Of a stretch of DNA of 64,000 bases, positions 1 to 9,885 are shown piece by piece; positions within the stretch are counted from its first letter, which is position 1; each line of letters starts with the position of its first letter. This DNA comes from Octopus sinensis (lineage: Eukaryota). The translations under genes and the position numbers were made by a program. The stretch covers positions 23,436,001 to 23,500,000 of the forward strand of contig NC_043003.1 in assembly GCF_006345805.1 (NCBI RefSeq). Direction: 5' to 3'. The notes beneath the pieces are model-generated. The model saw only the letters and a list, made by a program, of their open reading frames with translations, was not told the DNA's origin and did no database searches.

Positions 1-39
1 ATATATGTCTATATATCCATATATCTATATATCTATATC

Positions 40-84
<45 letters not shown>

Positions 85-363
85 ATATATATATATATAT
101 ATACATACATTTCTAAACACGCTAGTATGGAACATTAAGAGTGGGTGATCAACGTCGCATTTAGTGGATAAATATTCTTTATTCGTCGACTATAGATTTA
201 TATATATGTGTGTGTGTGTGTGGTGCATGTAAGTGTTTCTATGTGTGTATGTATACATTTATAGGTGTATATATAAACAAACATATAGATACATATATTT
301 ATATATATATATACATTTATATATATATATTCAGGTGGATGCATATGTACACACTTATCTCCC

Positions 364-401
<38 letters not shown>

Positions 402-874
402 TATACAATCACATGTATGTATATGTATATGGGTGCACAAATGTATATAATGTTTATCGCTTTTTCAATCAACGCCCAATATTTAGATCAAAAGATACTA
501 ATATTTAACTCACATTGCAAACGAAAACTCTACTTTATTACGGAAAATCACGTCATCAATAGAGAAATGAGAAGAAAATTGATTATTTGAAAACGATAAT
601 AGATAATTGCAAAGTTTCAATATCGATAAACAGTTCCATTAAAGACTGGATGACGCAAAACGAAATCTCGTTTGCCTTTGTAGACTTTTATACACATTAG
701 TACAGTTAAGAAAACAACACACACCCACTCAGAAACATATATATACACATACACACACATGCACAGACATATATATATATACACAGTGATACACGCTTAT
801 ATATACACATTGATACACATAAGCATTAGCACACACATATACACACAATATATGCATCACAGATGTATAAACAT

Positions 875-929
<55 letters not shown>

Positions 930-939
930 TTATTTATAC

Positions 940-961
<22 letters not shown>
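1..961. repeat. Compound microsatellites (CT)n, (TA)n, (TG)n, (CA)n with short unique AT-rich stretches
   Basis: Direct inspection; ORFs here are YI/CV dipeptide runs. Confidence 0.9.
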
Positions 962-972
<11 letters not shown>

Positions 973-1449
973 GAGGGCATTATACATCCATGCCAGATGG
1001 CATTATACATACATGCCACACGCTAAGAGGGACATTTAGTCATTTCTACCAAAAATATTACTAATCCCACCGAATGCAATTTTTCAAAGTAAGACATTTA
1101 AAAAATATAGACCTGTATCACAGTGATTTCATACTTACTATTCATCAGCAGGCCTGGATGTATCATACATAAATGACCCTGCCTCGCTTAAGCCGATCAG
1201 CTAACTGATCAACATCAACGAAGCACATGGGTGAGTTTACATATATTACATCCTGTAAATGTCGGACTTTTACGAATTGCATTTCGGGAAAGGAAAAGTT
1301 TTTTCGGAATAAAAATTTAGCAATTAAGGACAACTACTTAATAAGGAAAACTTAACAAGAAATTGTCAGGTAGATAGCGTGAAAACCTCATAAGAGAAAA
1401 AATTTCGAAAATAATTATTTCTTATTGAACATATTAATTTATATATAGA
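962..1449 (-). mobile_element. Inverted copy (one full ~475-bp unit plus ~10 bp) of the hammerhead-containing repeat
   Basis: Reverse complement of the downstream unit; begins and ends at the tctatatataa phase; joins the direct array through a 2-nt GA microhomology at 1448-1449. Confidence 0.93.
1109..1155 (-). ncRNA. Type I hammerhead ribozyme, inverted copy (1-nt deletion in stem II)
   Basis: Minus strand reads AGGCCTG CTGATGA ATA GTAA GTAT GAAA TCACTGTGA TA CAGGTCT. Confidence 0.7.
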
Positions 1450-1659
1450 CAATTTCTTGTTAAGTTTTCCTTATTAAGTAGTTGTCCTTAATTGCTAAAT
1501 TTTTATTCCGAAAAAACTTTTCCTTTCCCGAAATGCAATTCGTAAAAGTCCGACATTTACAGGATGTAATATATGTAAACTCACCCATGTGCTTCGTTGA
1601 TGTTGATCAGTTAGCTGATCGGCTTAAGCGAGGCAGGGTCGTATATGTATGATACATCC

Positions 1660-1707
1660 AGGCCTGCTGATGAATATGTAAGTATGAAATCACTGTGATA
1701 CAGGTCT
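1660..1707 (+). ncRNA. Type I hammerhead ribozyme, unit 1 (predicted cleavage after 1700)
   Basis: AGGCCTG CTGATGA ATAT GTAA GTAT GAAA TCACTGTGA TA CAGGTCT; stem II has a U-G wobble in this copy. Confidence 0.85.
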
Positions 1708-2135
1708 ATATTTTTTAAATGTCTTACTTTGAAAAATTGCATTCGGTGGGATTAGTAATATTTTTGGTAGAAATGACTAAATGTCCCTTTTAGCGTGTGG
1801 CATGTATGTATAATGCCATCTGGCATGGATGTATAATGCCCTCTATATATAAATTAATATGTTCAATAAGAAATAATTATTTTCGAAATTTTTTCTCTTA
1901 TGAAGTTTTCACGCTATCTACCTGACAATTTCTTGTTAAGTTTTCCTTATTAAATAGTTGTCCTTAATTGCTAAATTTTTATTCCGAAAAAACTTTTCCT
2001 TTCCCGAAATGCAATTCGTAAAAGTCCGACATTTACAGGATGTAATATATGTAAACTCACCCATGTACTTCGTTGATGTTGATCAGTTAGCTGATCGGCT
2101 TAAGCGAGGCAGGGTCGTATATGTATGATACATCC

Positions 2136-2183
2136 AGGCCTGCTGATGAATACGTAAGTATGAAATCACTGTGATACAGGTCT
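2136..2183 (+). ncRNA. Type I hammerhead ribozyme, unit 2 (cleavage after 2176)
   Basis: AGGCCTG CTGATGA ATAC GTAA GTAT GAAA TCACTGTGA TA CAGGTCT: full CUGANGA/GAAA/NUH core, 7-bp stem I, 4-bp stem II with GNRA loop, palindromic stem III. Confidence 0.9.
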
Positions 2184-2610
2184 ATATTTTTTAAATGTCT
2201 TACTTTGAAAAATTGCATTCGGTGGGATTAGTAATATTTTTGGTAGAAATGACTAAATGTCCCTCTTAGCGTGTGGCATGTATGTATAATGCCATCTGGC
2301 ATGGATGTATAATGCCCTCTATATATAAATTAATATGTTCAATAAGAAATATTATTTTCGAAATTTTTTCTCTTATGAGGTTTTCACGCTATCTACCTGA
2401 CAATTTCTTGTTAAGTTTTCCTTATTAAGTAGTTGTCCTTAATTGCTAAATTTTTATTCCGAAAAAACTTTTCCTTTCCCGAAATGCAATTCGTAAAAGT
2501 CCGACATTTACAGGATGTAATATATGTAAACTCACCCATGTGCTTCGTTGATGTTGATCAGTTAGCTGATCGGCTTAAGCGAGGCAGGGTCGTTTATGTA
2601 TGATACATCC

Positions 2611-2658
2611 AGGCCTGCTGATGAATACGTAAGTATGAAATCACTGTGATACAGGTCT
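2611..2658 (+). ncRNA. Type I hammerhead ribozyme, unit 3 (cleavage after 2651)
   Basis: Identical to unit 2 motif. Confidence 0.9.
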
Positions 2659-3089
2659 ATATTTTTTAAATGTCTTACTTTTTGAAAAATTGCATTCGGT
2701 GGGATTAGTAATATTTTTGGTAGAAATGACTAAATGTCCCTCTTAGCGTGTGGCATGTATGTATAATGCCATCTGGCATGGATGTATAATGCCCTCTATA
2801 TATAATTAATATGTTCAATAAGAAATAATTATTTTCGAAATTTTTTCTCTTATGAGGTTTTCACGCTATCTACCTGACAATTTCTTGTTAAGTTTTCCTT
2901 ATTAAGTAGTTGTCCTTAATTGCTAAATTTTTATTCCGAAAAAACTTTTCCTTTCCCGAAATGCAATTCGTAAAAGTCCGACATTTACAGGATGTAATAT
3001 ATGTAAACTCACCCATGTGCTTCGTTGTTGTGTTGATCAGTTAGCTGATCGGCTTAAGCGAGGCAGGGTCGTTTATGTATGATACATCC

Positions 3090-3137
3090 AGGCCTGCTGA
3101 TGAATACGTAAGTATGAAATCACTGTGATACAGGTCT
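3090..3137 (+). ncRNA. Type I hammerhead ribozyme, unit 4 (cleavage after 3130)
   Basis: Identical to unit 2 motif. Confidence 0.9.
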
Positions 3138-3560
3138 ATATTTTTTAAATGTCTTACTTTGAAAATTGCATTCGGTGGGATTAGTAATATTTTTGGTAGA
3201 ATGACTAAATGTCCCTCTTAGCGTGTGGCATGTATGTATAATGCCATCTGGCATGGATGTATAATGCCCTCTATATATAAATTAATATGTTCAATAAGAA
3301 ATAATTATTTTCGAAATTTTTCTCTTATGAGGTTTTCACGCTATCTACCTGACAATTTCTTGTTAAGTTTTCCTTATTAAGTAGTTGTCCTTAATTGCTA
3401 AATTTTTTCCGAAAAAACCTTTCCTTTCCCGAAATGCAATTCGTAAAAGTCCGACATTTACAGGATGTAATATATGTAAACTCACCCATGTGCTTCGTTG
3501 ATGTTGATCAGTTAGCTGATCGGCTTAAGCGAGGCAGGGTCGTATATGTATGATACATCC

Positions 3561-3608
3561 AGGCCTGCTGATGAATACGTAAGTATGAAATCACTGTGAT
3601 ACAGGTCT
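3561..3608 (+). ncRNA. Type I hammerhead ribozyme, unit 5 (cleavage after 3601)
   Basis: Identical to unit 2 motif. Confidence 0.9.
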
Positions 3609-4033
3609 ATATTTTTTAAATGTCTTACTTTGAAAAATTGCATTCGGTGGGATTAGTAATATTTTTGGTAGAAATGACTAAATGTCCCTCTTAGCGTGTG
3701 GCATGTATGTATAATGCCATCTGGCATGGATGTATAATGCCCTCTATATATAAATTAATATGTTCAATAAGAATAATTATTTTCGAAATTTTTTCTCTTA
3801 TGAGGTTTTCACGCTATCTACCTGACAATTTCTTGTTAAGTTTTCCTATTAAGTAGTTGTCCTTAATTGCTAAATTTTTATTCCGAAAAAACTTTTCCTT
3901 CCCGAAATGCAATTCGTAAAAGTCCGACATTTACGGATGATGTATATATGTAAACTCACCCATGTGCTTCGTTGATGTTGATCAGTAGCTGATCGGCTTA
4001 AGCGAGGCAGGGTCGTTTATGTATGATACATCC

Positions 4034-4081
4034 AGGCCTGCTGATGAATACGTAAGTATGAAATCACTGTGATACAGGTCT
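4034..4081 (+). ncRNA. Type I hammerhead ribozyme, unit 6 (cleavage after 4074)
   Basis: Identical to unit 2 motif. Confidence 0.9.
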
Positions 4082-4502
4082 ATATTTTTTAAATGTCTTA
4101 CTTTGAAAAATTGCATTCGGTGGGATTAGTAAATTTTTGGTAGAAATGACTAAATGTCCCTCTTAGCGTGTGGCATGTATGTATAATGCATCTGGCATGG
4201 ATGTATAATGCCCTCTATATATAAATTAATATGTTCAATAAGAAATAATTATTTTCGAAATTTTTCTCTTATGAGGTTTTCACGCTATCTACCTGACAAT
4301 TCTTGTTAAGTTTTCCTTATTAAGTAGTTGTCCTTAATTGCTAATTTTTATTCCGAAAAAACTTTTCCTTTCCGAAATGCAATTCGTAAAAGTCCGACAT
4401 TTACAGGATGTAATATATGTAAACTCACCCATGTGCTTCGTTGATGTTGATCAGTTAGCTGATCGGCTAAGCGAGGCAGGGTCGTTTATGTATGATACAT
4501 CC

Positions 4503-4549
4503 AGGCTGCTGATGAATACGTAAGTATGAAATCACTGTGATACAGGTCT
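4503..4549 (+). ncRNA. Type I hammerhead ribozyme, unit 7 (cleavage after 4542; 1-nt deletion in stem I)
   Basis: AGGCTG instead of AGGCCTG; core intact. Confidence 0.8.
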
Positions 4550-4974
4550 ATATTTTTTAAATGTCTTACTTTGAAAAATTGCATTCGGTGGGATTAGTAA
4601 TATTTTTGGTAGAGAATGACTAAATGTCCCTCTTAGCGTGTGGCATGTATGTATAATGCCATCTGGCATGGATGTATAATGCCCTCTATATATAAATTAA
4701 TATGTTCAATAAGAAATAATTTTTTCGAAATTTTTCTCTTATGAGGTTTTCACGCTATCTACCTGACAATTTCTTGTTAAGTTTTCCTTATTAAGTAGTT
4801 GTCCTTAATTGCTAAATTTTTATTCCGAAAAAACTTTTCCTTTCCCGAAATGCAATTCGTAAAAGTCCGACATTTACAGGATGTATATATGTAAACTCAC
4901 CCATGTGCTTCGTTGATGTTGATCAGTTAGCTGATCGGCTTAAGCGAGGCAGGTCGTTTATGTATGATACATCC

Positions 4975-5022
4975 AGGCCTGCTGATGAATACGTAAGTAT
5001 GAAATCACTGTGATACAGGTCT
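4975..5022 (+). ncRNA. Type I hammerhead ribozyme, unit 8 (cleavage after 5015)
   Basis: Identical to unit 2 motif. Confidence 0.9.
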
Positions 5023-5450
5023 ATATTTTTTAAATGTCTTACTTTGAAAAATTGCATTCGGTGGGATTAGTAATATTTTTGGTAGAAATGACTAAATGTC
5101 CCTCTTAGCGTGTGGCATGTATGTATAATGCCATCTGGCATGGATGTATAATGCCCTCTATATATAAATTAATATGTTCAATAAGAAATAATTATTTTCG
5201 AAATTTTTTCTCTTATGAGGTTTTCACGCTATCTACCTGACAATTTCTTGTTAAGTTTTCCTTATTAAGTAGTTGTCCTTAATTGCTAAATTTTTATTCC
5301 GAAAAAACCTTTCCTTTCCCGAAATGCAATTCGTAAAAGTCCGACATTTACAGGATGTAATATATGTAAACTCACCCATGTGCTTCGTTGATGTTGATCA
5401 GTTAGCTGATCGGCTTAAGCGAGGCAGGGTCGTTTATGTATGATACATCC

Positions 5451-5498
5451 AGGCCTGCTGATGAATACGTAAGTATGAAATCACTGTGATACAGGTCT
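5451..5498 (+). ncRNA. Type I hammerhead ribozyme, unit 9 (cleavage after 5491)
   Basis: Identical to unit 2 motif. Confidence 0.9.
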
Positions 5499-5925
5499 AT
5501 ATTTTTTAAATGTCTTACTTTGAAAAATTGCATTCGGTGGAATAGTAATATTTTTGGTAGAAATGACTAAATGTCCTCTATTAGCGTGTGGCATGTATGT
5601 ATAATGCCATCTGGCATGGATGTATAATGCCCTCTATATATAAATTAATATGTTCAATAAGAAATAATTATTTTCGAAATTTTTCTCTTATGAGGTTTTC
5701 ACGCTATCTACCTGACAATTTCTTGTTAAGTTTTCCTTATTAAGTAGTTGTCCTTAATTGCTAAATTTTTATTCCGAAAAAACTTTTCCTTTCCGAAATG
5801 CAATTCGTAAAAGTCCGACATTTACAGGATGTAAATATGTAAACTCACCCATGTGCTTCGTTGATGTTGATCAGTTAGCTGATCGGCGCTTAAGCGAGGC
5901 AGGGTCGTTTATGTATGATACATCC

Positions 5926-5973
5926 AGGCCTGCTGATGAATACGTAAGTATGAAATCACTGTGATACAGGTCT
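5926..5973 (+). ncRNA. Type I hammerhead ribozyme, unit 10 (cleavage after 5966)
   Basis: Identical to unit 2 motif. Confidence 0.9.
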
Positions 5974-7063
5974 ATATTTTTTAATGTCTTACTTTGAAAA
6001 TTGCATTCGGTGGGATTAGTAATATTTTTGGTAGAAATGACTAAATGTCCTCTTAGCGTGTGGCATGTATGTATAATGCCATCTGGCATGGATGTATAAT
6101 GCCCTCTATATATAAATTAATATGTTCAATAAGAAATAATTATTTTCGAAATTTTTTTCTCTATGAGGGTTTTCACGCTATCTACCTGACAATTTCTTGT
6201 TAAGTTTTCCTTATTAAGTAGTTGTCCTTAATTCCTATATATATATATATATGTAAATAATACATGAATAAATAATATACATATGAATACATATGACTAT
6301 ATATGTGTATATGTATATATATATCTATACATGTGTTAGTATACATACATACATACATATATATATATTTGTTCCAAAGTTTGTATATATATTCACCTTA
6401 TGATATATAAATATTATGGGGAGAATTTTTTTTATGTGTGTATATATCTCTATCTACTATAAATATATATACCTATATATGTATATGTATATATGCACAG
6501 ATGTATGTGTTTATGTATGTATACAATCTAGTACGCATATAACACAACATAAGCTCACACATGTGCATATACTGTAACACATACAGATGCATGTAGGCTT
6601 GACACAGATATAATATCTAACCGTACATACTAAGAGCAGAGCTTCAACTTTATATAGAATAGTGTACTTTATATAGAATAGTGCTATCACTTGCTACTTA
6701 TCTATCTATCTATCTAGCGCTCTATATTCTTTTACCTGAACTCTCTATACATCCTTTGTGTGTCTTTTCACCATTTTATCTCTCGCCCTATCTCTCTCAC
6801 ACTCACTCTATTCCTAAACCTGGATTACTATGCATCTGCTGAAACGTAATATATTTATTATCGCTTTTTGATGATAACTTCTGAAACCATAAACAGTATT
6901 CCCTCTGCTGCGCATAGAGTCGCCACGGTTCAAATTATTTAACTTGGCGTTAATTAGTTATTGACTAATCTCGGAGACATTGCCTTAGGTTCATTACAAC
7001 GAATATGTGCACTAACAGACACATACAATATATAGTCACACTTGTCACACATGTATACATATC

Positions 7064-7069
7064 CATGTA

Positions 7070-7156
<87 letters not shown>

Positions 7157-7163
7157 GAATATA

Positions 7164-7196
<33 letters not shown>

Positions 7197-7221
7197 ATGT
7201 ATGTATGTATGTATGTATGTG
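7064..7221. repeat. (ATCT)n, (TG)n and (ATGT)n microsatellites
   Basis: Direct inspection. Confidence 0.9.
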
Positions 7222-7223
7222 TC

Positions 7224-7470
7224 GAGGCGCGTGGCTTAGAGGATAGGGTGTCTGCATCGTGATCGTAAAATTGTGGTTTCGATTCCTGGACCGGGCGGCG
7301 CGTTGTGTTCTTGAGCAAAACACTTCATTTCAAATTGCTCCAGTCCACTCAGCTGACAAAAATGAGTAACGGTGCGCTGGACAGGCGTCCCGTCCAGCTG
7401 AGGTACACATACGCCATTGAAACTGGGAAACCGGGCCCATGAGCCTGGCTAGGCTTTAAAAGGTCTCATT
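7224..7470 (+). mobile_element. tRNA-derived SINE (family C here)
   Basis: A-box-like GTGGCTTAGAGG, B-box-like GGTTTCGATTCC, central TGTGTTCTTGAGCAAAACACTT...GTCCACTCAGCTG; related copies at 45935 and 59425. Confidence 0.8.
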
Positions 7471-7534
7471 TATTTTATTATTTTGTATGTATGTGTGAGA
7501 GAGAGAGATAAATAGATAGAGAGCGAGAGAGAGT

Positions 7535-7790
7535 GAAAGTGCATGGCTTAGTGGTTAGGGTGCTGTACTCACGATTGTGAGATCAGGTGTTGCGTTGTGT
7601 TCTTGAGCAAAGAACTTTATTTCACTTTGCTCTGTGATCATTTCAACCTCTGACATGTGGCACCCGTTGCAGGTGTACAGGTAATGTCGATCTACACCAA
7701 TATTTGATCATAATAAACAAATCATCTGTGTGGTTGTTCAGTGAGAAATTATCGAACTCTCATACGTCGTCTAACGAGGGGAGATTCCAT
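7535..7790 (+). mobile_element. Degenerate tRNA-derived SINE (family C-related)
   Basis: Head GCATGGCTTAGTGGTTAGGG and the TGTGTTCTTGAGCAAA block. Confidence 0.65.
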
Positions 7791-8036
7791 CATGTGTGTG
7801 TATACGTGTGTGTGTGTATGCGCGTGAGTGTGTGAGTGTGTACTCAGAATTATGTTTTCTGGAGTATCTTTCACTATCAAGTGATATTCATTCGAGTATG
7901 GAACTTATCTCGAGACAGAGATATCGTATATATGTAGTAGACATACATAACTCCATATATACATACATATATATGTATATCTAAATATATAGTATATGTG
8001 TGCGTATATCTATATCTATATATAAATCTCTCTCTC

Positions 8037-8088
<52 letters not shown>

Positions 8089-8699
8089 GAGGGAGAGAGA
8101 GTGACATGCCTATATGAGTGTGCGTATATGTATATGTGTATTATGTATGCATGTATGTATATATGTAGATATGTATTATGTACATCTACTACATATATTC
8201 GACATCTGTGTGTGGAAATAGCTTCCATACTCCAACGAATAAGACTTGTTGGTGCAAGATGCTCTAGAAAATAGAATTGTGAGTGCACAGCCTGTGGCTG
8301 TTATCATCTCACTAATTTCCGTGCTCACCAACGACCGAACAGGTTGACTACTTGACTTCTGATCTCTTTCTTCTTAATACTTTTGTTCCCCCGTTCTTGT
8401 TTTGCTCACAGAAATATGAGTTTGTTGCCTTCAAGGAGAGCCATGCTATCGGTCATCAGCCAGCTATCATTTTCAGCTTCCATATTTTACAATTTTCATG
8501 TTATTCTTTCTGGGGTTTTTTTTTTCAGTTTTGGCTGGCTTCTTTCCAACATCGCATACATCATTGTCATTATGGTAGCATTTATTTTTCATTTATTCTC
8601 CCGCTTTACGCAGAAAAGGAGACATTCAAAATTACCAAGGTTTCACTAAATTTCTGAAATATAATACAAATGAAAGGTGCCCTTATACTGTTGCAAATT

Positions 8700-9490
8700 T
8701 TAGAATATGATAGTTTTAGGATAATAGCAAAAGAGACAAGGTCTGCAGATAGTAAGATGAGATGAGAAGCGATAGTGTAAAGTTTATAATTGAGATATCC
8801 AACAGAAGTTAGTATGGCTTTTTCGAGGTTTATCTAAAAGCAGGTAAATGAATTGATAATGTATAAGTTCCTATCATTTGAAAATAGCATCTGAAGGTAA
8901 ATGGTGCGTATATACCACAATATAAGGCACCGAGATGGCAGAATCGTTAGCATGCCGGGCGAAATGCTTAGCAGTATTTCGTCTGCCGCTACGTTCTGTG
9001 TTCAAATTCCGCCGAGGTCGACTTTGCCTTTCATCCTTTCGGGGTCGATTAAATAAGTACCAGTTACGCACTGGGGTCGATATAATCGACTTAATCCGTT
9101 TGTCTGTCTTGTTTGTCCTTTCTGTGTTTAGCCCCTTGTGGGTAGTAAAGAAATAGGTGCGTATATACCACAGTCACTCATAACACAAATAAGGTAAGCA
9201 GTGTTCTATACCAGATGAGGTGCCTTGAAAGAAAATGTGCTAAATTCTGAAGCTTACGTGCAAGATACTACCTATTGTATTAACAGACATTTCAGAGAAT
9301 ACAGGAGAGGCTATACTGGAAAGAATGCTGCTTCCATTCTTCATCACCGCACACAAGATGAAACATTTGCTTCCGTTGACGTACTGATTGATACATATCA
9401 CTCTGATACGGAGTATAGACCAATACCTGAATCAGTTTTGAATAGGAGAAAACGAATCAAGTTGCAGCGAATTAGAGTTCGACTATGAAT
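8700..9490 (+). pseudogene. Decayed Penelope-like element with GIY-YIG endonuclease remnant, interrupted by a SINE
   Basis: 9190-9488 reads, across frameshifts, VLYQMRC..KC..YVQDTTYCINRHFREYRRG..SILHH..FASVDVL..YRPIPES, matching the PLE GIY-YIG pattern. Left boundary approximate. Confidence 0.5.
8924..9155 (+). mobile_element. tRNA-derived SINE (family A) with 17-bp target-site duplication
   Basis: Head GGCACCGAGATGGCAGAATCGTTAGC, B-box GTTCAAATTCC, core GCCTTTCATCCTTTCGGGGTCGAT; GGTGCGTATATACCACA at 8903-8919 and 9156-9172. Confidence 0.9.
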
Positions 9491-9499
9491 CATTAAAAT

Positions 9500-9564
<65 letters not shown>

Positions 9565-9719
9565 AGTGTGTGTGTGTGTGTGGTGTGTGTGTGTGTGTGT
9601 GTGTACAAATACACACACACGTATACAGTAACTGAAAGAAGCCCGTTGTATATATTATATATACATGCATATTGATATTGATACATTCGCAAAGCTTTAC
9701 CGCTAAATCTACAAGTTTT

Positions 9720-9885
9720 TTTTCATTCTCTCTCTCTTTATTTTCTCTAATTCCTTTCTGTTGAAGAGCGTAGGCTCGAAACGTGAAAGACCTTTTCATT
9801 TTCACGAGCGTCAAACTAATTCACTTGCTTGTTGGTCATACACCTGTCTTCCTCTTTTGTTTTTTCTATAAATGTCAACTATAAT
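9720..9885 (+). mobile_element. Solo Penelope-like terminus with degenerate minimal hammerhead
   Basis: TTT CTGTTGA A GAGC GTAG GCTC GAAA CG TG AAAGA; homologous to 19570-19742, 28215-28400 and 38403-38560. Confidence 0.7.

Larger units (their letters stand above)
1450..6233 (+). mobile_element. Tandem array of ten ~470-477-bp units plus a ~44-bp partial unit; retrozyme-like (hammerhead-bearing non-autonomous retroelement)
   Basis: Unit starts (caatttcttgttaag) at 1450, 1926, 2401, 2878, 3353, 3826, 4297, 4767, 5241, 5716, 6190. Differences are mostly 1-nt indels. Each full unit contains a hammerhead. The array is certain; the retrozyme label is inferred. Confidence 0.85.

Noticed and set aside
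1119-1125. RSS/Transib-like heptamer CACAGTG in the unit
   Set aside because: No nonamer at 12 or 23 bp; the word is explained as hammerhead stem III.
2143-2245. Spliced-leader RNA (GTAAGT donor plus ATTTTTGG Sm-like site), U1-like ATACTTAC, or C/D snoRNA (TGATGA...CTGA) readings of the unit
   Set aside because: These short words coincide with hammerhead stem II and the core. The remaining snRNA/snoRNA features and spacing do not fit.
1450-6233. CRISPR array or protein-coding tandem gene (ORFs 4338-4523, 5758-5964, 5871-6089)
   Set aside because: There are no unique spacers and the context is eukaryotic. The ORFs exist only in single units through 1-nt indels and are closed in the other copies.
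7224-7300. tRNA gene calls for SINE heads (also 8924, 37678, 46247, 59762)
   Set aside because: A/B boxes are present, but there is no complete cloverleaf and each continues into a SINE body.
8383-8649. Hydrophobic ORF resembling two transmembrane helices
   Set aside because: It is the T-rich strand of A-rich decayed sequence next to a PLE remnant, with no splice or homology support.
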